DNA of 64,000 nucleotides from Pocillopora damicornis (Eukaryota): NCBI RefSeq assembly GCF_003704095.1, contig NW_020846747.1, positions 434,001 to 498,000 of the forward strand, read 5' to 3'. Shown piece by piece: positions 49,021 to 62,600 of this stretch (position 1 is its first letter; each line of letters starts with the position of its first letter). The notes under the pieces were generated by a model. It saw only the letters and a program-made list of their open reading frames with translations, ran no database searches and was not told where the DNA came from. The position numbers and the translations under genes were made by a program.

Positions 49021-52000
49021 GTAGAGAGTAAAGGTTGTATAGTGGCGGAAACTACATACGGGTTGAGAGTCTTCTAAAGACTTGTGAGTTGTTTTAAACT
49101 GAATACAGTGAAAGCCCTTCGTAATTAAGACGTCCAAAATAGTCCCAGATTTTTATTTTTCATTAATAAGGCTGATGCGAAACAAGAAAGCAACTGGCAC
49201 TTCTCTTCTCCAAGATGGATCTTAAAACTGCCAATTGATAGCGAAAGGTGGGCTAAGCCTTTTTCCCTATCAGCTTAATGGTGAAGCAATGTATAAAGTA
49301 CGAATCCAAAATAACTATTTGATTGAATTTGGCATCATAATCTCACTCAAACATCGAGTAACGTTAAAAATTTGCCGTCTAAGATAAGGTCGATTTCCCA
49401 GAAGATCATGTGCGTCGTTTTTTGGGCGTTAGAGACCTTCAGTAAACCGCGGTGGAACAACTCTCGGGGATTTGTTGAGCGTAACAATGGCTCAGTATCA
49501 TCGTCTTAGAGCATTGTTTATTTTCTTCCCTCTGTAAAACGACGACGTGAAATCTTCAAAATTTGTGTGATGTGAGAGCAGAAACCTCGATTGCTTGTTG
49601 ATAACTTTCCTATTTGGAACTCAATGCTGCTTACACAATGATAGAAAATGCTTATGTTTAGACGAGATACTGTAAGAAACAGTAAACACATCTAAACACA
49701 TACAGCCATTTTCGAAAAGTGTTAGTTCATGTTTTTAATCGATGTTTTCCGTGGTGTTGTAGTCCTGTCTACACGAGGTAATTTGGTTTTATCAACTGAG
49801 TTGCTAATGCAACTTGGCCGATGTAAAAAGCTTCTGAAGCTGAGGTATCGAGTGTTACGCCCCTGTCTGTCCAAGTTTCTTCTACGACCATGTTTACGAG
49901 CAAAACTAAGCTTGGAGTTTTTTTTTTTCTTGCTTTCATGTGTCAGTTTTAAGACGGCCTATCTTTTATCACACTGACTGAGAGGGATAGTAAGAAATTA
50001 AAATCATTGGTAACAATTTTTCAGTACATTAAAATTATAATGATATAAATGGCATACAGCGGAGGTTCCGAAGATCATCAATTGAAACTTCAATTTAACA
50101 AAGCAGAGATACATTTAGAAAGCACCGGGCCTGCTTCGGCTCTGTTTGACAAATCGTTACAATTGTTATGTGGTTAAAAGTGAGTAACGCCTTGTAGAGC
50201 TGAACATTCAGTCAACACCTTCATCAAAAGTTTGATATCCAACAGAAGGAAATAAATGCATTATTCTCAAGTACTAACAGATGAAACTTTTCGCTATTTC
50301 CTTTTGATCACCTCTTAAATGAAATTCGGTCCAAATGGCAATCTTCTGTCACAGTGAGAAGTGTTACCACGTAATTAATATATATAAATTAGTATTTTCG
50401 GGGCGTTGAGCTTGGTAAATTAAATTGGAGAAGGGTCTATTGCTTTTGAGTGGTTAATAATCTTAACTGCACGATCAATAAATATTCTTCACAACTGTAA
50501 CAGTGGGGTTGATTAAGGCTGTTCAGTTTTACAGACTCGGCGGTAGCTGAAAGGCAACCTTCACGACGGCTCCAGTTGATTTAATATAACTTTTGACTAT
50601 CAAAAGTTCGAACGTTAGAGTTTTGAATTTTTACCGAGCAGCATGAAAGTTGTGAAGAATCCTAACTGGCGTATTGGGAATTTTTTTAGTTTTTGACAGG
50701 GAAAAGCGTTGTGCTTCAAGATTACTAAAGGTTACGTTAAGGACTAATTATAATCTAGAGATTTTCCGGTCGACAAGGTGAAGTCGATTGGCACTACTCA
50801 TTCGTTAGGTTTATCAGGTTTATGAGTAAGATAATGGATAGATAAATTGAACACATGCAGGAATCAGCGTATTTCTTTAATGCGTTCATTGCACTGTTCC
50901 TCGTAGAATAGAGGAGCAGCATTAAGTAACATTTCAAGAAGGGCTGCGAAGTTGTCACTACGTAGATTGTAGCAAGGTATTTTTTTGTCGCGATCACACA
51001 ACCCATCAATGTTGCTCGCATCATTTTTAAGGGGGGTGGAACTTAACTATAAATTTGTTGCTTCTAAAATCTCAAAACCTGCTTTATGCCGGTTCCTCGA
51101 CTTCAGTGGACATCAAAGAGCACGCTAACCCTCAGCAGGTCCTCATTATAAGGGCATCACCTTTAACGCGCGAGCCTTTCTTAGGCGAGAGGTTTGCAAG
51201 GGGTTTAGCTCTGAAAATTAGTGTCAGACCACCGGCAAACCTCTCCCAAACTCGTATTAAATTTTCTCGCGGGAGGAGAAACGCGCGTCTTGGAGCGCCA
51301 TTGATGAGTGCTAGCTCGAAAGCTAAGACTATGCTTACTGCTGTTCTTTCGTCAGAAACAAATCAAAATTATACGGTTACACCTAGTTGCCTCAAAATAT
51401 TGTTACTCATAATTCCTCGGAAAGCAAACCGAAAAACTGTATTAACCCTAGTAACCCCTAAACAAGAACACATTTTGAAGTCTCCGTTCCTCGAATAGGC
51501 GAAATACATTGAACGAAAACAAGATTTTTAAGGCTTTCCTCTGGGTGTTACGACAGGGGCTCCTTGTTTGGCTGTTGCCTATTTAGACTTTACGCCCGTC
51601 TCCCCACCCCCAGCGTGTGGAATTAGCGATAAAATGCAGGTTTCTTTCGAACCGATGATGTGGCAAAGTCCAAGCTAGCTAAAAGCGTCGGAAAATTGAA
51701 AATTGCGTGGAAAACTAACTTAAGTGGCTTTAATTCCTTGTGAATTCTTCCAGGGGCGCAGGATTATGTCGTAAAATTTAGGTTTTTTACTGAAAGATGT
51801 CATTTAATCAAGTCAATAGTGACAAGTTAACACGTGATTGTATCGGGAAAACACTGTTTAAACATAGGATGTAATTAATGGTAAACTTCTGAGCGCAAAG
51901 AAATGGATATTCAACATATTAGTTGACGCAGAATTGGAATATGACTTGCTCTTCTTTTATTCTCAGCCAAATGACGAAACCACAAGGGATGTGAATGCTT

Positions 52001-53771
52001 TGCGCACTTTCTACCTGAGTCAAAAGAAAACCTGCCCTTTAAAAACAGATAATTAAGGTGTGTGTGTGTGCGTGTGTGTGTTGTGAGAAAAGGAGCGGTA
52101 CACAAAACGTATTTTACATCATAACTTCTAATTGGTAAATAAGTGCTCTGCCGACCTTTCTAACCCGACAGGTCATAGAGACGAGGACCTCACGAAGGAC
52201 ATGAACCATCACTCTGGGAAGATGAGCACGCAATTCCTTGTAAATGACATTCCTAGTGGACGTCAATGTTTGGTGATTCCATTGCATGATTTTACAACAC
52301 CCTTATTCCATGATATGATTGGCCAGAGGGAAAATGCCCTGATACTCTGATTGGTGAAAGATATACCGTAATGCTGTGATCCGAGTGGTTTGACATATGT
52401 ACCCTAACATATCTGCGCCCTATGCAAAGCTTCGTGGAAACTGCCAACGCAAAATGAGCCTTTCCACTCTCTTAGCTACAAACTTGTTGTAAAGTTTCTC
52501 AAATTAAAAACAGTGATTACATCGAATCAACCGCAAAATTGGACGTTCGATTCACACCTCAAATCAGTTGAAATAAAAAAATATCAGTAGCATTACAAAA
52601 TATCAGTAGAGTCATATTGCGCACTAATAATTTTTCTTGGCAAGTGCTTCGAAAACTTTTTTACCACGACACCAAAAACAAGTCTTTCTTTTTATCTGTA
52701 ACGTGTATACCTGAATTAAGGCTAAATAAGGGATTTACTGTTCCCTAACTTCATTTTCTCGTATTTTGGCGTCTGGCTTTCGAAATACATCCTACGGTTT
52801 TTTTTCTGCACGAACAGAGTATCAATCAAATATGGCTTGTGTGAAGTTGAAAACAATACGAGCGAGACTAATGGGGTGTTTTGTGACTGACAAAGAAATC
52901 TGATGCACTAAGAGGTTCGTCGCTTCAATTAAAAGTCAAGCCTGAAAAATGAAACAAAACTAAAGTGTGGATCGTTCAGTGCAGCATTTTGTTGCTCAGC
53001 TTTCCGTCCGTATTTCTACTCTGTTCTACAATGCAAGACCATGGAGTATTTTTGCACGTTCCGATATCCTAATAAGGTAAAATGACGTAGAAGTGAGATA
53101 ATAAACTACGTAAAAACATTTTGCGCTCTTTTCTGTTTCCATTCCCATGAGTACCATTTTCTTTGAGGTAATTTTTTCAAAGGTTCCGCTTGCTTGAAAT
53201 AACCTTCGTGCCATATGGAATTCAATGGAAAAACACTTAAAAGCGGAGCGTAGAAATACTACCATGTCTTATTTCCTCAAACAATGCCGCTTTAATTAAG
53301 ATCTATTCAACAACTTATAAAAGATCCTTTACAATTAAAAGCATAAATATTCAGAAAAGAATTGAAGCGGCTCCCACATTTTTCTTCGAAACTCAATCAT
53401 TTTGTACCCTTCAAAGAAGAATGTCTTTAAAAAAAGCGGTTTCATTTCGAGAAAATTCCGTTTAAGAATGTCGACCTACTTTCGTGAACTACGTTTCTCG
53501 CAACTATAAATATCTCACCATTATTCGCAAAGAAGGATTTTGTTATTCACAAAAAGACAGATGCCTTTTGTTAGCCCCAGCTGTATCGTTTTCAATTCGT
53601 TTCTCTTAATTATGAAAAGGGGAGAAAGAAAGCTTTAGAAGATAACGAAAGTTTAATTGTCGTAATTAGCATTTCTTGCACGATATTTAAAGAGAACCGG
53701 AATGTTTGTCTGCCAGCTTAAACTTGAATTTCGCTCAACTTCTAAAGCGACACTTTGCTAATCTCTTCAGA

Positions 53772-55003
53772 ATGTCCTTTAAGACATGTGCTACTCTAGC
53801 AAGTTTAATAGTCCTACTGTTTCTTCTCAATATAAGGTCATCTTTAGTCACAGGTGATAGCGCTAACAACGTAGATCAAAATTCACAAGTTGTCCAACTT
53901 TGGCTAAGATCACCATGTGGTATCATAGGAACTCGCTACAGAACGGAAAGATGTCGCCGAAGAGGGAAACGAAGATTTTTCAAAAGGAAAAGTAATGAAA
54001 ATGGTATTCAACTCCTAGTATAATATTTGTTTCGAAGAATTATTGAAAATTGTTATTAAGTTCTGTGTCGGGTATCATATTATGAAGCCGTCAAGCGAGT
54101 AAATACCATGGGAACCAAGTTTTCGGAACTGGCCAATAACAGTGTAGAAAACACGTTTCTTAATTTTTCTCCTTGCCTCAGTCATGAACAGAATGGTTTA
54201 TTTATTCTCTATTCCCGTTTTCCAATTTTTGAAACGTTTCCATTTTATTGCCTGCTTGCTACTAACAAAAGGAATTAGTTTTTAAATTTACAATAACAGA
54301 ATAATAATTAGTCATAACATCGTCCTTCTAGGAGTTTTCTTCAAGCACATGGTACAAGCATAAAACAATTATCCTTATTATCCTTTTTTGGTTGATCTTT
54401 CGTGAGACCTTTAAAAGATATGAGGTTTCTAAAAAAGGTTCTCACTAATCACCGAGGAGGTTCCGAACCCACGAAGAGTCACGAATGTCTCGAACAAGAA
54501 GTGTTTCAAAAAGTTGGCAAACGTTACTACGAATTTCCTAAGATTTGCGATCTATTTTCACACGTCTTGGTAAAGTAAAATGAATTAGATTGACTAATCA
54601 GAAGCCTGAGAGTGAGTTAGCACGTGGTTACTACAACTTAGAGGATGTTGAACCTGCAGTGTTCTTGAAGCGAGTCAGCTGTGCAGATAAAAACGGAACA
54701 TGTTCGACTACAAAACTCGACCAAGCTACCTGAGATATGTCAACAAAGGGGGGAAGTTTGTGAAGAAACCGTTGTTCTGCGTTGAAGGGATATAACGAGA
54801 TAATTTAGTTTCATGAACTGAGTTGAAAATGTAAATTAGCCACCGTAGAGTAGAAGGCTGACGTTTCGAGATTAGTATGCTTTTGATTCTGACCATTACA
54901 ATAGTTTATCATAAATCCTCTTTTGTTTTTGTTTTTTTTATCAGATAATCGAAGGCGTGGGGAGGAAGACGAGGACCAACAAACGAACGTGACTGAGTAC
55001 TAA
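53772..55003 (+). CDS. Small secreted prepropeptide 2 (two-Cys, predicted amidated peptide precursor)
   Basis: ATG at 53772, signal peptide MSFKTCATLASLIVLLFLLNIRSSLVTG, core R-SPCGIIGTRYRTERCRRR-GKR and TATTTAAA at 53684. The donor is at 54003/54004 or 54018/54019. Exon 2 follows a strong acceptor at 54945 (DNRRRGEEDEDQQTNVTEY* with the first donor). Confidence 0.8.
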
Positions 55004-57111
55004 GAATGAATGACATAAAGAAACACGGATGAAGTCGAATTCCATAAACCTATTACAGGATCTTGGCATTACAAAGGAATCTACAGAAAAAAAAGAGGAA
55101 GGAAGATTGGCAAAAGGAAGTCTAAACCACGGATTTTTTCCCATCGAAAGATGACGAATATAAAAACATTTACCTAACTATCCGGACTGCTGTAACGAGA
55201 ATTATTTCAAATTTTGTGTTCTTGGTTTATTTAAATTATTAATTTTTGGGATTTGTCTGTTATTTTAATAATGAAAAGTTCAATTCGTATATTTTTACGC
55301 CATTCAGCAACGATGTAAACTCATTCTAATCAACTCATTCAATGTAAACTCATTAAAATGTTTAAAAAGGTAAAACTATTCAATATATATCACTATTATT
55401 TGATAATCAAATGATTCAAGTATTCAGCTTTCCGTCAGCTACTCCTTGTATTTTTTTAAAAATAATTTTTCAACCCTTCTTAACAAGGGTTCCTATCGCC
55501 GGTGCTTCCTGCATCTATTTTGTTTTTGTTTCCTCTCAGGGGCTTGTTTACCCTCGAAATTATTATTAAAGGTTTCATTCATTTTAGGACAATTTTCAGC
55601 GAACCAAGACAAAAAAAAAAGCTCGGTAAAACGTAGTAAAGGTGTTGTTAAATACATCAGCAATGCTTCGCAAAATATCAGCAACCGGGCTGACAACTGA
55701 AAGTAGAAATGTGCTATAATTTTAATTTGAACTAATAACTTAAGATCAATATTTTTGTGGGCATGTATAGTTTTTTTTAAAGTAAAAAAGCTATCCACGG
55801 CCGGACGGGTCTGTTTACCCTCTTGAGAGACAAGCTTCTCATCTATTCAGACAATACTGCATCATAAAACGGGCATCTTGATTTTTATCTACAAGTGTTT
55901 TGGTGTAGGGTGCTCATAATCCAATACTTCCTCACTGTACAATCCTCTCGATTATGAAAGCCTTGCCAACAGGTGGTTCGATTGTCTTTCACCAAGTTTC
56001 ATTTTTATTTCCTATAATTCAAGGAAATATGGCAAGGTGTCATCTCAGCATCTGTTAACATTTCCGAGGTCTGATGGTTATCTAATGAACTTAGCTTCAG
56101 CAAAATCAGCAGCTGTACATGACGAGCCACTCACCGTCAAAAACCATGGTTCGCAATATTGTCATCCAGTATTTCAGCGAAACAGCGTTTCTTTTCATGA
56201 AAGCTTTGTGTAAAATAACACATTGCCATCGCCGCTTTCACCTCTTTCAAGACAAAGATCAATCGATAAAAAACTATTTATACTAAAATTGACCAACAAA
56301 CATTTTCGTACAATGACTGCCATTTTGATGCTTGACGGAGGACGCTCTCTCGGTGTAAGAATTATTTATCAGAAATGTGGACCCAATCTATAGATGAACA
56401 AGTCTTAATTCACATCGGCGCTAAAATTTTGCTTTTATTTTCACCATATTTCAGTCGTTAATAATTTCCTCACAAGTAAAAAAAAAAACGTATTTACCAT
56501 TAAAGCCTACCACGCTGATGACCCAACTAAAGAACTCAGTGAAAAAGAAAAACAAATTCCCTATTCAAATTTACTCCGTGTCAATCTCCGCCTCAGTTCC
56601 CTTAATTTTTACTTCGATCTTCTCTTGATGACAGAAATTTTCATCCATATAATTATTCACCAATACTCACTCACTCAAGACCATTTCTAAGACCCGTTTT
56701 CCATTCAACAGTTCTTTTCTTCGATATTTGATTTTCTTCTTTCTTCCCCTCAAACATTTAACTTTCCGGTGACTTTGGAAGAGGTAAATTAGTGGAGATC
56801 CTGTGCACATCCCATAACACTAAGAAAGTCTTGAGATAAATGTAAACAAAAGTTATTGGATTTTAGTTGAATTAAAAGGAAAGGAACCATAGATTAATAA
56901 CTCGCTATCAACGGCGTCCATTATTAACGTCCTGTCGCGCCATTTGTCAAAATTTAATGATAGCATTCATGATAAGGTAATATTGTACTGCAATAAGAGC
57001 ACAGAGAGTATAAAATAAGTTGAAATCACATCGACGGGACATTCAACAGAAAAGTGCTTCTTAGCCACAAATTTCATTAAGAGTCTTGTCTTTGATTCAA
57101 AAAAAGCCAAT

Positions 57112-57333
57112 ATGTTACAAAAGACTTCCCTTTTTCTCTTTTTAGTTGTAGTTCTATATCTCATGAACGCATGTTTCTCTCTGGAAGACGACGAAAGATT
57201 TATGTCATCAAAGGATGAAGAAGCCAAGGTTTTTCAGTTAAAGCCGAGGAAGAGGTCTCCGTGTATTATCGGCACCCGATATCGTAGCAAGCACTGTGTG
57301 GGAAAGAGATTCTTCAAGGAACAAAACCTCAAG
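57112..57333 (+). CDS. Small secreted prepropeptide 3, exon 1 (two-Cys, predicted amidated peptide precursor)
   Basis: TATAAAA at 57009, signal peptide MLQKTSLFLFLVVVLYLMNACFS, acidic pro region, RKR-SPCIIGTRYRSKHCV-GKR and donor AAG|GTATGT at 57333. The terminal exon is either 57743-57754 (FDS*) or 59957-59977 (ITEDST*). Confidence 0.82.
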
Positions 57334-58119
57334 GTATGTCTACGGCTATTCTCTGCCTCTGAGATGCATTAAAAATTAAAAAAAATCACTTTTCATTAGA
57401 ACCTACTGGCTATCATTTTTTTTAATTTCAATGACCTTGTCTGTTAGTTCCAAGCTTTAAAAAAGATTGCACCCTCGAATCTGCTTTATTGCGAATTGAA
57501 TTGGTTTCAAACGAGGGAAAATAATGGTACTCTATTTTTTCCTCTTGCTTCAAATTAAAAACAGCGATGTGCCTTTCTTCATAACCGATTGATTCGAAAC
57601 AAAACTATTGGTGACCCATATTACGCACGGGTGCTTTTCCCGCGAAAAGGTTTCAGACGGTTGATTGGTTCTGTCATTCTTTTAGCTTTTTTTATCAATA
57701 TTGCTAGGTTTATTTCTAAACTTGTCTTAATGTATTTCGCAGTTTGATTCTTAATTGTGCCTGGACGATTCCTTTGAAGTTTCGAATACTTTTCCAGCTT
57801 CGAGAAGATATACGGTGAAATGAGATATAACTACATTGTAGTAGGAAATGGACCGGTCGAGTGCACCTTTAGACATTGCCTAGAGATGTCTGTCCAATCA
57901 TAGTGCCGTTTCAAAGTAAAAATTCTAATAATCCCACAGAAGGGATCTTGCGGTTTTTCAGCGCGTTCACTCTTTTCACAAAGAGCTATGAATCTAAGGA
58001 AGGTTTCTATATATTAACTCAGAGATAGAAGGAATCTTTGGAGAAGTTAGCGCGCTTTTCTTTCGCGGAGTGCCATGGAAAACCCAGGCTATCTAGCTCC
58101 GTAAATGATTTTAGAACTG

Positions 58120-58305
58120 GAAATGGGCACGAAATACAATTGACCTCCAAATTTAACCTCAAATGATTCCTGAGGAGGTCAACAAATGAACCTCCAATGA
58201 AATCACAAATGAACCCGCACCTCAAATGATCCTCAATTAAATTGAACCGCAAATGATCTTTCTACCGCAAATTACTCTAAAGGAGGACCGCAAATGATCC
58301 CATAG
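58120..58305 (+). repeat. Degenerate short tandem repeat (ACCGCAAATGATCC-like units)
   Basis: ACC(T/G)CAAATGA(T/A)CC variants recur about 8 times. Confidence 0.6.
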
Positions 58306-59514
58306 AGAAATCTAAAATGGCGTGGACAAAAGGGCGAATAATGGAACACGTTATGTGTGACATCAAATGTCGGCGGTTTCTTATCGATTTTAGCGTACAT
58401 CACCATCGTGGGAAAAAAAAAGAGGGACAAAGGTGCAGAGGTTGTACAACAGATATCAGTCTGCTTGTGTTTTAAGAAAGAAAACGTCTGAGGCAACGGC
58501 TCCAAAAGCATCATCAACACTTCATTTCTTGCTTTCGTGCTCAACACTGACTGGGTTTTAGTTCATATCGTTGCAGATTTATATCGGCAATAGCATTGTA
58601 AATCACTGATATTAACCCTCAACTAAAAGGAGACTCTTCAATTATTACAGGAATCATAAAATTAGAAGTTGATTGTCGTTTGATTTCCAATTATTTTTGC
58701 GCACGCAAGCCATCTATCGATATCAAATCACTCTGTTATTAGAAGCACATAAAGTCTATTAAATTGACGACTTTTGGATTCGAAATTTAACAATGCGACA
58801 GGATCAATCAAATTTTGATGCTGTGTGCAACCCACTCCCAATAAACACATTCGATTTCATATACCTCATGTTATATGTAAGCAGAAGAATTAGGCTACCC
58901 AACGTTATTTGATGTTTTCAGAGCATATTTCATTTACAAATAATTTGCACTGGAAAGCAATCGCTGTATTAATTCAAATCATATTTTCAAATTAATCCTT
59001 TCTCTAAGAGGGTAACAAGGGTAGTTCTTGAAGGTGGGGAGGGGAGGGCTGATCTCGTTTCACGAATGAATTTTAGAAATATTTAAGCGTCGCGTACACT
59101 TTAAACAGCATTTCACGCGCCACAAATTTTAAAGGGAAAACTTTTAATCTCTTTTCTAGCGCACGAAATTTCAGTAAAATCTCGAGGGCCTTTACGAAAC
59201 GAAATAACAAACTCACGGGTCACGAATATTTCAGGAGGTAAATCACGCCTCACGCTGACTCATAAATGCACGAATCACGTTTGCCTTCTGTAAAATTCAC
59301 GCGTCGCATATTAAATGTAGCCCTGATCACGCGTCAGTTCTCTACTCTAGTTTCTTATTAATTAATTAGTTTATTTTACTCCGAGTTTAATTTGATATGA
59401 ATCAGTTGTTTGTAGAGCTTTAGAAAAAAGAATTATGGGTCATTCAGGTTTTTTCTTTAATTAACGGCATCATTTGCGTAGCTGTTCAGAACCAAAGTAA
59501 AAACAAGCCTACCA

Positions 59515-59665
59515 CCTGGAAGGCGGGAAAACGTGAGCGACTGAGACAAGATTGGTTTTATGTTTGCATCTGATTGGTTGAATCGGTTGGATGAAATTCC
59601 TCTACCAATCACATGGCGCAGTAAAGCACAACGAAAAAACCCCGGATTACTTTCGACAATTGAAT
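59515..59665. repeat. Dispersed repeat (CCAATCA-containing family)
   Basis: GGGAAAACG..GATTGGTTTT..TTTGCATCTGATTGGTTGA..ACCAATCAC..CCCGGATTACTTTCGAC is the reverse complement of 8600-8760. Confidence 0.65.
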
Positions 59666-62600
59666 AAAAATTCCTGTATGGGAAAAGAAAGCCGTTTATA
59701 TCGGAAAAACTTAACAACTTAAGAAAATAGAAGCTGTCTTTCCTGCACCTAAGTTTGAATCAGCATCACATAAAAAGAAACATCAAAAGAAATTTGAAAG
59801 CAGCTTACTCCTCAAAACCATCTCTACAACCGCTTTGAATTCGCACGAACGCAGCATTTCTGAACAATCTCTTTCTTTAGTGCTTGAAATTAAAAAGAAA
59901 TTTGCTTATGTTAGCTTTAATATGTTTCCATTCCTATTCATTTGGGTTTTCTTTAGATTACCGAGGATTCAACATAAGGAGCAATCGATGCTGAATGACA
60001 GAATAATTAAAAACAGCAATAGAAACTATTTTAAAAGCAACTGCTTCCTCGGACTCCTGAACAAGTTCCCGTCAAGACTGCAATCTACTGATAGCTGTAT
60101 GCCAAAAAGATCCGTCGGCTCAACACATGAAGAAAGACCGTCCGCTAGTCGTTACTGAATGCATATTGGCGGCAGGAGTCTTATTATATAACAATGTTTT
60201 TAGAAATATTGTTCATGAGTATTATTTGTAAAGTAAAACTTAACTAAGAAAATAGAATAAAAACTTGATTCCTTATCCGTGCGCTGTGAATGTCCACACG
60301 TAGTCGCTAAAAACTTACAGACAAGATTTGTCGGTCGGGTTTTTTTCAACCATTTAACTCTCAGAAGTGATTAACGTGTAATTTCCCCTTAAAATATCCA
60401 TACGTTATCCAGTCGAAAGGCAATGAGAATACACAAACTTATCGGGTATAAGTTGAAATCTAATCTAACACCAAATTCTCATAACTGATTTACAAAGAAA
60501 TATCCAGGAACTAGAAAAGAGAATTAACAATAAGACCTCGCTAGTTAAAGTGTTAAAAATTGGGTATCGATAAAACCGGCCTAACAATCAGGAACTAACG
60601 TAAAAGGCGATTAACATCGCTATAGGTATATGTTGTCAAATTCGGTCATAAATATTCGATTGAATATTGAAAAAAAACCCTCTAAACCTTCATGGAATTC
60701 CAGAGCCTCTAAAGACAAACAAAAAATTAATTTTTTAGACAATTTTTTTTCTTAGAACTGGACATCTTTACCTAAGTTGTAGCTGTATTCTGCGATGAAG
60801 TTAACAAAAAATGCCACTTGTAAATGGAAAACGAAAAGTGAGAAAGCTGTGGTTATTTTAAAACAGCAAACACGAGAGGCAGTTTTGAATGTTCGACCGA
60901 TCACTGTAAGTACACAACCGTTTAGACCTCCATAAACAGTTATTCCACAGTTTAACAACTAACAAGTCATTAGATTACGTCTTCGCTACCTTTAAATATT
61001 GAGTATAAAAAAATTCATTGGAATTCTTCGGAAAAGAAATGGAACAAAGGCTGATCAGGAGTTTTTTTTTAATGGCGTTTGAGTCGTTTTATACGTCAAT
61101 ATCCCACATTTAAACAAACATTTCCTGTTGTTAATCGGTTCTTCAGCCAAATAGACACCAAACTTAATATTACAAACAAACGCGCCTCGTGTGCCGCATG
61201 TTTTCTGACCACATTTTGACGTCATTTGTGATTTAGTGCTGAAAAAGTGCACGGCAACATGGCATCTGTTTGTTGACTGTCTCCTTTAAACGCAATACCT
61301 CGCAGTTGAATCCTTTCGAACGTATTTCGTGAAATACACAATGCACACCGAAAAACACTTCTAAGGTAGAGAAAAACAAACAAACAAAACCGACATTGTT
61401 TTCATTTTTTAAAAGTATTTTGACACGAATTCCATCGAGTTTTGTCTCCTTCTCCTCTCTCGTCATCATAAATTATATGCTTTTTAGTAAAGAAATTACA
61501 ATTGTATACAAAAATTATATTCACTTGGTGAAATACTTTAAAAAGAACGGTATCTTTGATAAAGATTATTAAACTTATCCAAAATCAGTAAATTTTAAGA
61601 ATTCTACCTTGTTTCTTTGCGGTTAATTTGTCCGAAAATGAAAATAAAAGCACCAAAATTATACCCTCCTGTCGTAGCGGTTACATTGACTAGAAAAAGT
61701 GACTCACTAGGGTTTGGCTTATGGTGGTTGTTGAAGAAAAAAGGAGTATGTTTACTTGGTTAAAAGCGTCATATCTACACCTGTTTTGACGGAGAAAGGC
61801 GGTAAATTTAACGCCGCGCCAAATCGTTCTAGACACGGTTGAATATCGAGATAACGTTATTCTTTTTCACGGCAGGGTCGCCGTCTCTAATTTGTATCTC
61901 TGTCAGTAGTAATTCCGTCATCTTCGATTTTTGCCTTGATGAAAAACTGATGAGTCTCTTTAAAGTTTCCTCGCTCCTACCCAAAATTCTTCGTAGGTCA
62001 GCCAAATATCAGATTAAGAAAATTCCGGCGAAGCCTTGTAAAAGAAAAAGACAAATAGTTATAACAGAAACTTAAAATGAACGCATTTAGCTAATACTAG
62101 TCGGTTGTCAGATAGAAAACATGAAATAAAGATAGCTTGAGGGTCCGGATTTCATCACAAAGAATACAAAGCAGGCTATGTGATAACAACGTTTATGTGA
62201 AAGGTGATATGAATCATATCGTGCAATATGTTTCCCAAAAAGAAGGGTTTTCGTTTTGTCATTTACATATCAACAGATTTAAAGTAAGAGGTCGTCTAAA
62301 ACTATACCAAATTTCTCAGTGCTAGAATTTACCAGCTTGGCATCAGAGTCGCCGTGGACGCCGACTTGGTTTATTTCAGTGGGTTAACTCATGCTACGCA
62401 TCTCACTGATTTTGACGTTAAACATTCAGGGATTTGATTCAAATGGACACAGAGTCATGATATTTTAGGGGATTAGTCTTATTATTATTTATTACTATCG
62501 GCTTTAAATGTCAAATCGGAAGAGCAAAAGCCCTTTTATTTGCCAAAATCACGCAAGGCTAAATGACCAAGAAGGATGCATAAAATAAACTGACAAACAG

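Noticed and set aside
51055-51498. 147-codon ORF between peptide genes 1 and 2
   Set aside because: Non-ATG start, no signal peptide, no recognisable motif and no two-Cys core.
58120-58305. Short spaced repeats as a CRISPR-like array
   Set aside because: Eukaryotic context, degenerate units, irregular spacing and no cas genes.
59055-59335. TCACG-rich stretch as an XRE enhancer
   Set aside because: Regular TCACG spacing after a G-rich end looks more like a degenerate dispersed repeat, and no P450 is nearby.
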